Source of the DNA: a virus
Virus record (IMG/VR): IMGVR_UViG_3300002219_000003
Coordinates: 17,499-81,498 of that record
Direction: 5' to 3' (one strand)
Length of the DNA stretch: 64,000 nt
A program made the position numbers and the translations under genes. The notes under the pieces were generated by a model, which saw nothing but the letters and a program-made list of their open reading frames with translations, searched no databases and was not told the origin of the DNA. Shown here one piece after another: positions 1-8,755 of this stretch; the stretch's first letter is position 1, and every line of letters begins with the position of its first letter.

Positions 1-2
1 AT

Positions 3-221
3 AAAGTTAATCTCTTTGATATACGAAGGGTTATTAACAGAACTACTTGGTATTTGAGTTCAAAAGGATGGAAGTCAACAGCAACTCCGAATAATGCTGA
101 TCTATACATTGATGTTTTTTTATTGCCAGATTCAGAAGAATTACATTTTATAATAACCCCTATCCGATGCAATGATGCTGCAATTAAAGCCGAAGGACAG
201 GAAATTATACCATTAAATTAA
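3..221 (+). CDS. 3' end of a hypothetical protein (truncated by window edge)
   Basis: Open frame KVNLFDIRR...EIIPLN ending TAA at 219-221. Confidence 0.5.
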   Translation, partial: KVNLFDIRRVINRTTWYLSSKGWKSTATPNNADLYIDVFLLPDSEELHFIITPIRCNDAAIKAEGQEIIPLN

Positions 222-240
222 TTTATAGGAGGAATAAGCA

Positions 241-513
241 ATGATACATGAACTAAAAATTTTACCAGAATACTTCAGGCACATTGTTGATATGACAAAG
301 CCGTTTGAAGTAAGAAAAATCGAAAAATATCGAACTTTTAATGTTGGGGATGAACTAATTCTTAGAGAATTTGTTCCAAATGACTGCGAAGATTTTGAAC
401 AGCGAGAGCATTACACTGGTCAAATTTGCCACCGAATAATTACCTATAAATTAAAACTATCTGAATTAGGAATAGAAGGAGATTGGGTAGTTCTCGGATT
501 AGCACGAAAATAA
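241..513 (+). CDS. ASCH/PUA-like (DUF3850-type) protein
   Basis: MIHELKILPEYF...KPFEVR...FNVGDELILRE...WVVLG pattern; AGGAGG upstream. Confidence 0.75.
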   Translation: MIHELKILPEYFRHIVDMTKPFEVRKIEKYRTFNVGDELILREFVPNDCEDFEQREHYTGQICHRIITYKLKLSELGIEGDWVVLGLARK

Positions 514-518
514 TTCTA

Positions 519-1253
519 ATGACAATAGGTAGCCTATATTCTGGTGGTATTGATGCTTTTTCTTATGCTGCTAATTATTTAGGCATACATGTTAAATGGC
601 ATGTTGAGAACGATTCAAGAGCTTATCCATATTTAAGGAAAAATTACCCGAATACAAAAATATATACACATGACACATTTGTTGGAAAACATAACCTGGA
701 ATGGGTTAACATCATCTCTGGCGGAGACCCTTGTCAACCACACAGTTACTCCGGACTCCGAAGAGGCAAAACAGATAACCGTTACCGCTGGCCAGAAATG
801 TTTAGAATCATTACAGAACTCCGGCCCGATTGGGTTATTAACGAAAATGTTGTTGGGTCAATCAGTAACATGGTGCTCGACCAAAAGATTTCTGATCTGG
901 AGAAAATTGGTTACTCCTGGGGGGCATATAATATTCCAGCTGTATCCGTTGGCGCCCACCACGAAAGACAAAGAATATTCATTGTTGCCTACTCCAATGA
1001 GAAACGATGGCCCGAGTTACTACATTTTGACACGTCAGCAATCTTTAAGGAGGTCAAAAATGCAATTACATTGGGGGCATCAGGCAATGCTTTTTTACAA
1101 TTTGAACAAAGCCAAGCCGAACCCGCACTTTTCCCTATGGCTTATGGGATACCCGATCACGTATTTAGACTTGAAGCCGCAGGCAACTCAATTGTCGCTC
1201 CAATTCCAATAATACTTCTTAAAGCAATAATTGAAATTGATAAACTATTGTAA
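519..1253 (+). CDS. C5 cytosine DNA methyltransferase, alpha-type chain (lacks motif IX)
   Basis: Motif I GSLYSGG, IV GGDPCQPHS, VI ENV, VIII HHERQRIF, X RLEAAGNSIV; likely ATG start at 519. Confidence 0.9.
   Translation: MTIGSLYSGGIDAFSYAANYLGIHVKWHVENDSRAYPYLRKNYPNTKIYTHDTFVGKHNLEWVNIISGGDPCQPHSYSGLRRGKTDNRYRWPEMFRIITELRPDWVINENVVGSISNMVLDQKISDLEKIGYSWGAYNIPAVSVGAHHERQRIFIVAYSNEKRWPELLHFDTSAIFKEVKNAITLGASGNAFLQFEQSQAEPALFPMAYGIPDHVFRLEAAGNSIVAPIPIILLKAIIEIDKLL
670..1212 (+). CDS. Nested alternative-frame ORF, probable methyltransferase beta chain carrying motif IX
   Basis: 180-aa ORF wholly inside the MTase gene; contains LLPTP and PNPHFSLWLMGYP (motif IX-like). Confidence 0.7.
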   Translation: MTHLLENITWNGLTSSLAETLVNHTVTPDSEEAKQITVTAGQKCLESLQNSGPIGLLTKMLLGQSVTWCSTKRFLIWRKLVTPGGHIIFQLYPLAPTTKDKEYSLLPTPMRNDGPSYYILTRQQSLRRSKMQLHWGHQAMLFYNLNKAKPNPHFSLWLMGYPITYLDLKPQATQLSLQFQ

Positions 1254-1256
1254 CTT

Positions 1257-1430
1257 ATGAAAATAACAGTAAAAGTTGATGACATCGAAATTGTAATAGA
1301 TGAACAACTAAGTGGGAGAATGACAACAATGCAGTATGCCGATCAAAATAGGCAGATTCAAGAAACTATCAAGGTAATGGTTGAGCAGTGCATTGAACTA
1401 TATCAAATTTCCAATAACCACAAACCATAA
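1257..1430 (+). CDS. Small hypothetical protein (57 aa)
   Basis: ATG 1257 to TAA 1430, MKITVKVDDIEIVID..., fills the gap between flanking genes. Confidence 0.55.
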   Translation: MKITVKVDDIEIVIDEQLSGRMTTMQYADQNRQIQETIKVMVEQCIELYQISNNHKP

Positions 1431-1441
1431 AACTTAAAACT

Positions 1442-1729
1442 ATGAGCACAATTAAGAAATCGGTGATTGTCAATAAAGACAAGGAGGACCAGCCTAATTC
1501 GTTTCATCTCCCTGCACAAACGCAATTGGAAGCGAAAAACCGTTATAAAACTCGCCTTATCGAAGAGCAGGAGCAATTAGAGGAAAAGCTGAGCAGATTG
1601 GATGAATTTATATCATCAGGGCAAGCGGGAACTCTTAGCGATGTCCAATATACACTCCTGAGAGTACAGTTAGCAGCAATGAACACCTATTTGCAGTGTT
1701 TAAATGAGCGTATTTTGTTTATTGATTAA
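1442..1729 (+). CDS. crAss001_48-like small coiled-coil phage protein
   Basis: RLIEEQEQLEEKLSRLDEFI...LLRVQLAAMNTYLQCLNERI pattern. Confidence 0.65.
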   Translation: MSTIKKSVIVNKDKEDQPNSFHLPAQTQLEAKNRYKTRLIEEQEQLEEKLSRLDEFISSGQAGTLSDVQYTLLRVQLAAMNTYLQCLNERILFID

Positions 1730-1762
1730 ACGCTAACACTCATTAAACTATATAAAGTATGT

Positions 1763-1791
1763 AAAGCCTTAGTATTACGCTAAGGCTTTTT
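1763..1791 (+). terminator. Rho-independent terminator
   Basis: AAAGCCTTAG-tattacg-CTAAGGCTTT followed by T run. Confidence 0.8.
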
Positions 1792-1998
1792 GCTCTCAAA
1801 CTCGCGCCCTTTCCCTTTATTTAATATTAAAATAGTGCAACCGTACTAAATACGAGTTCAACAATAATCTATTTCAGTCAAAACTAAAAATTCAATAACT
1901 ACACTCTTTACGCTTATGCTATAATTTTGCGGTAAGCGTATATATAATATATATCTTTTTTTTTAATCTTGCAAAAGTACCTTATATAAAAATTAGGT

Positions 1999-2230
1999 AA
2001 AAAATCGTGCAACAGTGCAAAATGAAATTTTAGCCTTGTAACTATTTGATATTCAACTTATAACATCTGCACGATTTTTGCACGATTTTGCACTGTTGCA
2101 CAAAAATGCAGTTTCGTGCAGAAAAATTCCAAAATCGTGCAAAATAGTGCAGAAATATTTTATGTAAAATATTGATAATTAAATAATTAAAAAATGAAAC
2201 GCACTGTTGCACTGTTGCACGATTTTTTTA
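1999..2230. repeat. Cluster of GTGCA/TGCAC repeats bounded by a perfect inverted repeat of at least 20 bp (origin-like)
   Basis: AAAATCGTGCAACAGTGCAA at 2001-2020 and its exact reverse complement at 2207-2226; many partial copies between. Confidence 0.75.
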
Positions 2231-2358
2231 GCATTTATATGCAAGGTATTTCTGCAAAGAATTTTAATGTTCTTTTTTGTCGTTTTTTGACCTGTTAATA
2301 TTGAACTGATAATTTGAGCATTAAGATATATAAGGAAAATCGGGGTTTGTTTACTTTT

Positions 2359-2847
2359 ATGAAAACAGTTCAAATGACAATAGTTGAAGTACCTGTAAAA
2401 CCTTATGTTAAGGCTTATCTCGAAAAAAACTATGGTAATCCGGTAAACCTTTCGTCGGTCAGGGGATTGAACAACTTTTTCAAACTCTTGCTTGAGAAAA
2501 ACTACTTCCGTAACGATAAGCAAATTAACCTGAATGGTTATACATCTACTGTAAATATTGTGATAACCCGCGATGTATTCTATCGCCATGGATGGTATTT
2601 AAGTAAAACATCAATTGTTAGCTTCAATGGGATGGTTGAAGCATTGATAAAAAATCGCATACGCGATATGGTTTACATTAATGTTATCCATGGTGGTAAT
2701 AAGATTGCCAGGTCCATTAGGCTTGCTTTGAAAGAACTTAGCATTGATGAGGATGAACTATCATTTGATGCTGTTAAGAAAGATATACAAAGGCATACAA
2801 GCGTAAAAGTTAACAAAAAAATTGGCGTAAATGTCCCAAAAAATTAG
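2359..2847 (+). CDS. Hypothetical phage protein, possible DNA-binding regulator
   Basis: ORF 2314-2847, likely ATG at 2359; basic; precedes the structural operon. Confidence 0.6.
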   Translation: MKTVQMTIVEVPVKPYVKAYLEKNYGNPVNLSSVRGLNNFFKLLLEKNYFRNDKQINLNGYTSTVNIVITRDVFYRHGWYLSKTSIVSFNGMVEALIKNRIRDMVYINVIHGGNKIARSIRLALKELSIDEDELSFDAVKKDIQRHTSVKVNKKIGVNVPKN

Positions 2848-2850
2848 CGT

Positions 2851-3927
2851 ATGTTAGGAGGTGTTGTAAAATTATACATTGCTCTTGCTTCTGATATTTA
2901 TGAGAAGGGATTTTCTGTTGGAGGTAAAAGAATTGGTTTTGCTTTAAAGCAAAACGTGAACTGGTATGAGGTTAAACTTTTACGTAATAGTTCCGAGGTT
3001 TCCTGTGATGCGAAAAATTTCTCTAATGAATTTAACGGCATTTTTTATACATTAGGACGCGATAAAGAGCTTTTAAAATTCTATGGTAAAAAAATAGTAT
3101 GCAAATATCTGAACACCGGAGGTATTCAAATGATAATGGGTATAGAGCAACCTCTAACTATTATCACTGAATATAATACTGGTTCTAAAGCAGATGATGG
3201 TGTAACAACTAAAATTTCTCTTAAATCAAATTCATTGTTTTTTTCGGAAGAGTATATTCCCGATAATATAGAAGTACCTGTTTTATGGTTAAGAGCTGAT
3301 AGTGTTGAATTACAAGATAATTTTGTAAAACGTTTAATTGATAAGAGTGGAAATGAATATCATGGAATATCCAGTAATTATTTGGGTGTTACGCATATTC
3401 CAAACGACATTAATAATAAACCAGCCATTCATATAGACACTACATCAATGTATGTTTATGAAACATACATTGGTAATACTGCATTGTGGGGTGGCGGAAT
3501 TAACGCATTGGGTTTTAATGATGAATACACAATTTTAATGGTTGTTAAACCATTAGAATATCAGGAAACCTTTTTCATTAATTCATCAAACCTAATATTT
3601 AAAATTTCTACAGCTTTAAAATTAACTATAATGCCAAGAGGTGCAGGTGATAATTTTGATTTAACAGATTATTTTAGTTATAAACTAATAGCTATACGCT
3701 TTCCATTAAATGGTAATTTTGCCGATGTTCATATTAATAATTCATTACTTGGAACAGTAACAGCCGGAACCGATGAACAAAAATTTACATTAGCAAAAAT
3801 ATTTATTGGTTTAACCAATGGAACAAACCAAATGAAATTAGCCGAGTTGCGCATATGGGATAGAGTATTAACAGATGAACAACTAAGTGCAATTACTACC
3901 GAAATAATGACATACTATGCGTTATGA
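2851..3927 (+). CDS. Tail-tube-like N-terminal domain fused to a LamG/concanavalin-like domain
   Basis: N-term resembles 7194-7736; C-term LWLRAD...DKSGN...LAELRIWDRVLTDEQ is LamG-like. Confidence 0.6.
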   Translation: MLGGVVKLYIALASDIYEKGFSVGGKRIGFALKQNVNWYEVKLLRNSSEVSCDAKNFSNEFNGIFYTLGRDKELLKFYGKKIVCKYLNTGGIQMIMGIEQPLTIITEYNTGSKADDGVTTKISLKSNSLFFSEEYIPDNIEVPVLWLRADSVELQDNFVKRLIDKSGNEYHGISSNYLGVTHIPNDINNKPAIHIDTTSMYVYETYIGNTALWGGGINALGFNDEYTILMVVKPLEYQETFFINSSNLIFKISTALKLTIMPRGAGDNFDLTDYFSYKLIAIRFPLNGNFADVHINNSLLGTVTAGTDEQKFTLAKIFIGLTNGTNQMKLAELRIWDRVLTDEQLSAITTEIMTYYAL

Positions 3928-4988
3928 TTGCTGGAATTAATCAAATTTGGATACTTTACAATACCCAATTAGTAAATAGGGGATTTTCCATTTCGGGCCA
4001 GCGTGTCGGATTAATTTTTAATGGCACATGGCTAAAGGTTGATATAGAACGTGATTCTTCAAATTTTACTACCGTTTTTAGTAACAATAGGTTTAATCAT
4101 GAAATTTCATATTCAAAATTTACAAACAACCCTTTAGATATTGATAATGCTAAAAAGTTACAGGGTAGGCTTGTATTAGCTGCAATGTTGCTTAATAGTG
4201 GGGAAACGGTAATTGTTGGGGTTGATAATCCATTGAGGGTAAGGATTAGCTATACAACCGGTAAAAACCCTGATGATATAGTTGGTATCACTTATAAGCT
4301 GAGTTGCTCAAGCCGTTATCCGGCAGAAAATTTTTTAATAACAAAAGACTTAAATACTATTAAATATGGATTTTTATATAATTGGTATATCATTACAGAT
4401 GCAAGGAATATTACTAACGAAGGTTGGCATGTTCCTGACCAAAATGAATATGAAATTTTTGCAACTTATCTTGGTGGTTTAAATACTGCTGGTGGTAAAT
4501 TAAAGGAAATAGATTTTGTTTATTGGGATGATCCTAATACTGGTGCTACGAATGAGGTACGTTTTAATGGTAGAGGTGCTGGTTCACGTGAAGATATATT
4601 TTTTGGTTTAAATCAATTATTGGCTATGTGGTTAAATGCTTTATATGGTAATGTTGCAACAGCACAGATTTATTATAATGATGCAGGTTTATATATATAT
4701 GCTGATATTGAATTTAGAGGACATTCTATTAGATTGGTAAAGGATTCTACATCATTAAGTCATGGTCAAACTGGTACCTATACTGGTAATGATGGCAAAA
4801 TTTATCGAACCATCTGTATTGGAACTCAGGAATGGCTGGCCGATAATCTTGCTGAAACAAAATACCGTGATGGTTCCTGGATACATGGTTTTGATGGGGG
4901 TGTGTACACCCCTATTGATGATGCTACCTGGCAAGGGTTAACCACTGGCGCACTTTGTGCATATAACAATGATCTTGCTAATGTGTAA
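3924..4988 (+). CDS. Tail-tube-like N-terminal domain fused to a permuted Fib_succ_major (FISUMP) domain
   Basis: YGFLYNW, GWHVP, GHSIRLVKD and DGKIYRTICIGTQEWLADNL motifs. Confidence 0.7.
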   Translation: MIAGINQIWILYNTQLVNRGFSISGQRVGLIFNGTWLKVDIERDSSNFTTVFSNNRFNHEISYSKFTNNPLDIDNAKKLQGRLVLAAMLLNSGETVIVGVDNPLRVRISYTTGKNPDDIVGITYKLSCSSRYPAENFLITKDLNTIKYGFLYNWYIITDARNITNEGWHVPDQNEYEIFATYLGGLNTAGGKLKEIDFVYWDDPNTGATNEVRFNGRGAGSREDIFFGLNQLLAMWLNALYGNVATAQIYYNDAGLYIYADIEFRGHSIRLVKDSTSLSHGQTGTYTGNDGKIYRTICIGTQEWLADNLAETKYRDGSWIHGFDGGVYTPIDDATWQGLTTGALCAYNNDLANV

Positions 4989-4993
4989 TTACC

Positions 4994-5029
4994 TGTCCTT
5001 TTTTAGCCCAATTATATATGTGATTTTTG
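4994..5029 (+). promoter_or_regulatory. Putative phage late promoter, TGTCCTTT...TTTG (copy 1)
   Basis: Same motif and near-identical spacing at 7985 and 11241, each just upstream of an operon. Confidence 0.6.
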
Positions 5030-5059
5030 AACTGCAAATAAACAATAGGCTTAATTTCT

Positions 5060-6142
5060 ATGGCTAAGCAATTTTATGTGATAAATGAAAAAAAGGCCTC
5101 TGCCGAAATACTTATTTATGGCGTAATAGGCTCATCGTTTTGGGATGAGGAGTCTGTTTCCGCCAAGAGTTTTATTAAGGATTTTAAAGCATTACGCAAT
5201 AAATTCTCAAGCATAACTATCCGTCTTAACACGCCTGGTGGTTCTGTGTGGGATGGGCTGCCTATCTACAACGAAATATCTAATGCCATTAGGGATGGTT
5301 ATGATGTTAAAATCATTGTAGATGGAATTGCGTACAGCATGGGGGCTTATTTTGCCATTTCATCTAAAAATACACAGGCTTATCAGAACAGCATTATTAT
5401 GTTTCATTCCGCCTCTGGAGGCGTAATAGGTAACAAAAACGATTTGATTGATGCATCAAAGCAACTCGATATCATCGAGAATAATATAGCTGATAGAATG
5501 GCTGAAATGTCCGGAAAATCAAAGGATGAAATATTAAAAACATACTTTGATGGCCGCGATCATTTCCTATCTGCAAAGGAAGCTTTTGATTTAGGATTTA
5601 TATCTGAGATAATAAATCAGAATTCATCGGCAAAAATGCCCGACAATGTTTCGGAAATGAAGATGAGCGATATTTACGCTTTTTACGAATCTAAAAATCT
5701 ATTCCCAAACACTGGCAAATATTTTTTTGGAAAGGTTTCAAATCTTCTAAATATTAATAGCAACCAAAATCCACAAGCTGATATGAATAAAGAAACCCAG
5801 GTGGCCATTAATGTACTTTTGGGTATCGATATGGATGCCGACGAAAAAAAGACTGTGGAAACAGTTAAAAGTTTCGTTGAGCAAAAAAAATCGATTGAAC
5901 AGGAACTTAATGACCTAAAGAAGGCTCATGAAGAGCTTAAAACACAAAACAGTAATCTTAACCAACAGATTACCGCTAAGAACACTGAGATTGAAAATCT
6001 TAATGCTGAATTAGGCCGCTCTGCTGCCTCTAATCCAGCTGCAGTTGATAGCCAAGACCCTGATAAGGCTGCTAAGCCTACCGTTGTTTTGGACGAAATC
6101 AACGAGTATGCTCAAAAGTTTGTAACTAATAAAAAGGCGTAA
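5060..6142 (+). CDS. ClpP-type head maturation protease with C-terminal coiled-coil scaffold
   Basis: EILIYGVIG, NTPGGSVWDG, DGIAYSMG, IMFH, LSAKEAFDLGF; heptad-rich C-term. Confidence 0.9.
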   Translation: MAKQFYVINEKKASAEILIYGVIGSSFWDEESVSAKSFIKDFKALRNKFSSITIRLNTPGGSVWDGLPIYNEISNAIRDGYDVKIIVDGIAYSMGAYFAISSKNTQAYQNSIIMFHSASGGVIGNKNDLIDASKQLDIIENNIADRMAEMSGKSKDEILKTYFDGRDHFLSAKEAFDLGFISEIINQNSSAKMPDNVSEMKMSDIYAFYESKNLFPNTGKYFFGKVSNLLNINSNQNPQADMNKETQVAINVLLGIDMDADEKKTVETVKSFVEQKKSIEQELNDLKKAHEELKTQNSNLNQQITAKNTEIENLNAELGRSAASNPAAVDSQDPDKAAKPTVVLDEINEYAQKFVTNKKA

Positions 6143-6144
6143 TC

Positions 6145-7128
6145 ATGGACTTAACGAAACCAATTGATATTACAGCGGTTAATAATACCGCAAAAACCTA
6201 CGATAAAGAAATTCGTACGCTCGATAAGCTCGATGCGTTAAAGGTACTCCAGTATTTTAAGCTTCGCCCGAATGTACGTGACTCCGTTGAAATTACCGAG
6301 GCACAGCATACCGATGAGGGTTCTGGGCGTTACACGGGAAAATTTAATAGCGATCGTAAAAGCGGAACGCTTGTTCCTCGTACATTAACGGTTTATCCTT
6401 GCGTTCATGAGGTGGCCGATGAACCGGAACGTTATCGTACCATGTGGTTAAGTGAAGTTGTATCCGGGAAACTTGATCCAATGGCTCATCCTTTTGAACG
6501 TTGGTTAATTGAGTTCGAAATTAGCAATGCATCGGAGAATCTTTTCAATGTTCTTGCCACTGCCGATTACTCAACTGATCCTGCTAATGTTACCTTGGGT
6601 CATGCATTCGATGGTTTATTAACCATTTTGCGCGATGAAGTTACAGCAGGCAATATTTCGGTTGCAAAGGGGAATCAATTTCAATTCACCGAAGTGTTGA
6701 GTAAGTTGAATATTGGCGATCAGCTGCTGGCAATGTACCGTTCCGCTCCGCAAACCATGAAAGATAGGCCAGAAATCATCATGGCAATGAGTACAACCTT
6801 TGCAGAAATGTATGATGACTGGTATCGGGCAAATCATGATGCTCCTCCTCAGGTTGATACTGCAGGGCAAACAGTACTTGAGGGCACAAATGGTAAGTGT
6901 AAGATAATTCGCCTGAGTTGCATGCCCGATACTGCCGACGAGATTATTCTTACCGTTCCTGGTAATGGTGTTTGGGGAACTGACAATCCTAATGATTTGA
7001 AGAATCTTGTTGCATTCCCCAGCGGTAATCCTTACCTGTTTACTGCAGCAATGAAATACCTGTTTGGTTTTCAGTGGGAAAGCATCCACCCAAGGAAACT
7101 TATCCTGTCGAAGAAATTCGTTGTTTAA
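6145..7128 (+). CDS. Major capsid protein
   Basis: 327 aa, directly after the head protease; FDGLL motif. Confidence 0.7.
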   Translation: MDLTKPIDITAVNNTAKTYDKEIRTLDKLDALKVLQYFKLRPNVRDSVEITEAQHTDEGSGRYTGKFNSDRKSGTLVPRTLTVYPCVHEVADEPERYRTMWLSEVVSGKLDPMAHPFERWLIEFEISNASENLFNVLATADYSTDPANVTLGHAFDGLLTILRDEVTAGNISVAKGNQFQFTEVLSKLNIGDQLLAMYRSAPQTMKDRPEIIMAMSTTFAEMYDDWYRANHDAPPQVDTAGQTVLEGTNGKCKIIRLSCMPDTADEIILTVPGNGVWGTDNPNDLKNLVAFPSGNPYLFTAAMKYLFGFQWESIHPRKLILSKKFVV

Positions 7129-7136
7129 TTTATAAT

Positions 7137-7163
7137 ACCGCCCCATTGCGGGACGGTTACTTT
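7137..7163 (+). terminator. GC-rich hairpin after the capsid gene (terminator/attenuator)
   Basis: ACCGCCCC-attgc-GGGACGGT imperfect stem followed by TACTTT. Confidence 0.4.
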
Positions 7164-7193
7164 AATTAATTTTAACCAATAATACTCAAAACA

Positions 7194-7736
7194 ATGGATT
7201 TATTAGATATACAACGCACCGCCGGATTTAAAAATGTTGGGGGAACTTATGAAGAGTTCTACATTGCTGATGTTGAAGATGTGGCAACCTGGCCAACAAA
7301 ATTAGCATCACCGGTAACTCCTTCCGACAGAATAACATTAACTGGTGCATTTGTTATGAAGAGTACCAAAAAATTTGTTGCGATAAAAAGCGAACTTGGT
7401 TACTCCGAAATTAAGTGGGAAGCACTTGGCCCTCGCGGTGGAAAAGGGTTTAAGCATACTCTTGAAACTTTTGCGCCGGAAAACTCGGCTAATAATCTTG
7501 GAGTTTTATCGCTTTATGCCGACAGAAAAGTTGTTTTGATTGGTAAGGACAGAACGGGAATTTTAAGGGTTGTTGGTTCTGAATTACTGCCTGCCGTTTT
7601 GGAATCAGCAACTGGTACGACAGGTAAGAAAATGGAAGATGACCCCGGTGCGGGCAACACAATAATTTTCTCAACTGAGGATAATGACCCGCCTGCAATC
7701 TATACCGGCGAAATTCCTTTAACCCCGGCAACATAA
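7194..7736 (+). CDS. Probable major tail tube/structural protein
   Basis: NVGG...FYIA...TGTTGKKMEDD pattern; position after capsid. Confidence 0.55.
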   Translation: MDLLDIQRTAGFKNVGGTYEEFYIADVEDVATWPTKLASPVTPSDRITLTGAFVMKSTKKFVAIKSELGYSEIKWEALGPRGGKGFKHTLETFAPENSANNLGVLSLYADRKVVLIGKDRTGILRVVGSELLPAVLESATGTTGKKMEDDPGAGNTIIFSTEDNDPPAIYTGEIPLTPAT

Positions 7737-7748
7737 ATTTAATTAGTT

Positions 7749-7937
7749 ATGGCTAAGTGGACTGATAAATACGAGTTAGTCGGAATTAAACCCGGTAAGG
7801 TCATTCTCAAAAATGGTAAAAAGATTGACTTTTCAAATCCGGAACTAACCGTTAAAATGGTTGACGATGCCTATAATTTGGGCACCCAGTATCTTAAACT
7901 CAAAAAAGAAAAAACAACATCCAAGCCTGCTGAATAG
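7749..7937 (+). CDS. Small hypothetical protein
   Basis: 62-aa ORF within the operon. Confidence 0.6.
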   Translation: MAKWTDKYELVGIKPGKVILKNGKKIDFSNPELTVKMVDDAYNLGTQYLKLKKEKTTSKPAE

Positions 7938-7958
7938 TTTCTTCTCACCTGCCCCGGC

Positions 7959-7985
7959 AAAGCCACGCAATAGATGTGTGGCTTT
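7959..7985 (+). terminator. Hairpin terminator
   Basis: AAAGCCACGC-aatagat-GTGTGGCTTT. Confidence 0.7.
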
Positions 7986-8019
7986 GTCCTTTTTTGGCAG
8001 TAGCCGAAACCTAACTTTG
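7985..8019 (+). promoter_or_regulatory. Putative phage late promoter (copy 2)
   Basis: TGTCCTTT then TAACTTTG (Bacteroidetes -7 consensus TAnnTTTG). Confidence 0.65.
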
Positions 8020-8039
8020 TTAAACTAAATCTTGTAATT

Positions 8040-8753
8040 ATGAATACAATTAATGAAAAAGTCCGGGAATGGATTGAAAATGGGAAAGATTATCACTTAG
8101 GTATTGCAATACTTCGCCAATATGGCAATAAACGTGCATTGGTTAGGTTTCTTGAACGTGGCGAACCTAATGTTACAAAGCGAGAGCACCTGGAGTATAA
8201 CCTTTTACATTTGGGTAAGGTTGCTGAACATAAGATATCAGAGCCAGAAATCCCTGATGAATTAGTTTTACGCGCAGATGATACAGATACCGAAGCGCAA
8301 GCTAAAAAGGACTATCCACCAGAGGTTATTAAACTCAAAGCCTTAAAGGCTAAAATTTACAACGAACGAGCCATTGAACACAAAAAGTTTCTTGAGGTTG
8401 GCACCTCAAATGATGTTAACAGCATAAAACAACGCAAGAAAATTCGCGATAAAATTGTTTTCCTAACTAATAAGTTTCACGAAACCGATGCTCAAATTCA
8501 GGCTATATTCGATAATTTGAAAGGTAAAAATTCTACCGAGCCAGTACAAGTTGTAGAAGATAATCAAAATAAGGCTATCGATAACAACCAACTATCGCCC
8601 GCCGATGTGTTGGCTTTGCAAAAAGAGTTCGACAATAACGTTGCCTACATCAGCAAAAACAAGGAATCTACAAAAGAAAAAATCATTAAAAATGTAGAGG
8701 ATCGTAAAGCACGCAACGAGGAGATTAAAAAACTACTCGAAGGGATTAAGTAA
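8040..8753 (+). CDS. Hypothetical phage protein
   Basis: 237-aa helical ORF, first gene of the terminase operon. Confidence 0.7.
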   Translation: MNTINEKVREWIENGKDYHLGIAILRQYGNKRALVRFLERGEPNVTKREHLEYNLLHLGKVAEHKISEPEIPDELVLRADDTDTEAQAKKDYPPEVIKLKALKAKIYNERAIEHKKFLEVGTSNDVNSIKQRKKIRDKIVFLTNKFHETDAQIQAIFDNLKGKNSTEPVQVVEDNQNKAIDNNQLSPADVLALQKEFDNNVAYISKNKESTKEKIIKNVEDRKARNEEIKKLLEGIK

Positions 8754-8755
8754 AT

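Noticed and set aside
1442..1729. crAss001_48-like gene as evidence that the left segment is crAss-like
   Set aside because: This small family occurs in many unrelated phages; surrounding genes and composition are not crAss-like
1999..2230. CRISPR array
   Set aside because: Repeats are short, in both orientations and irregularly spaced, with no unique spacers and no cas genes
2179..2589. Minus-strand 136-aa ORF
   Set aside because: Antisense shadow of 2359-2847 that runs into the repeat region; no recognisable motifs
3924..4988. Diversity-generating retroelement targeting the FISUMP domain
   Set aside because: No reverse transcriptase and no second near-identical copy (TR/VR pair) seen in the window
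6619..7146. Antisense ORFs within structural genes (also 13070-13588, 27812-28135, 30455-30838, 39255-39617, 59454-59894)
   Set aside because: Opposite to well-supported genes; composition (e.g. S/L/I/F-rich) is what the reverse strand of real genes produces
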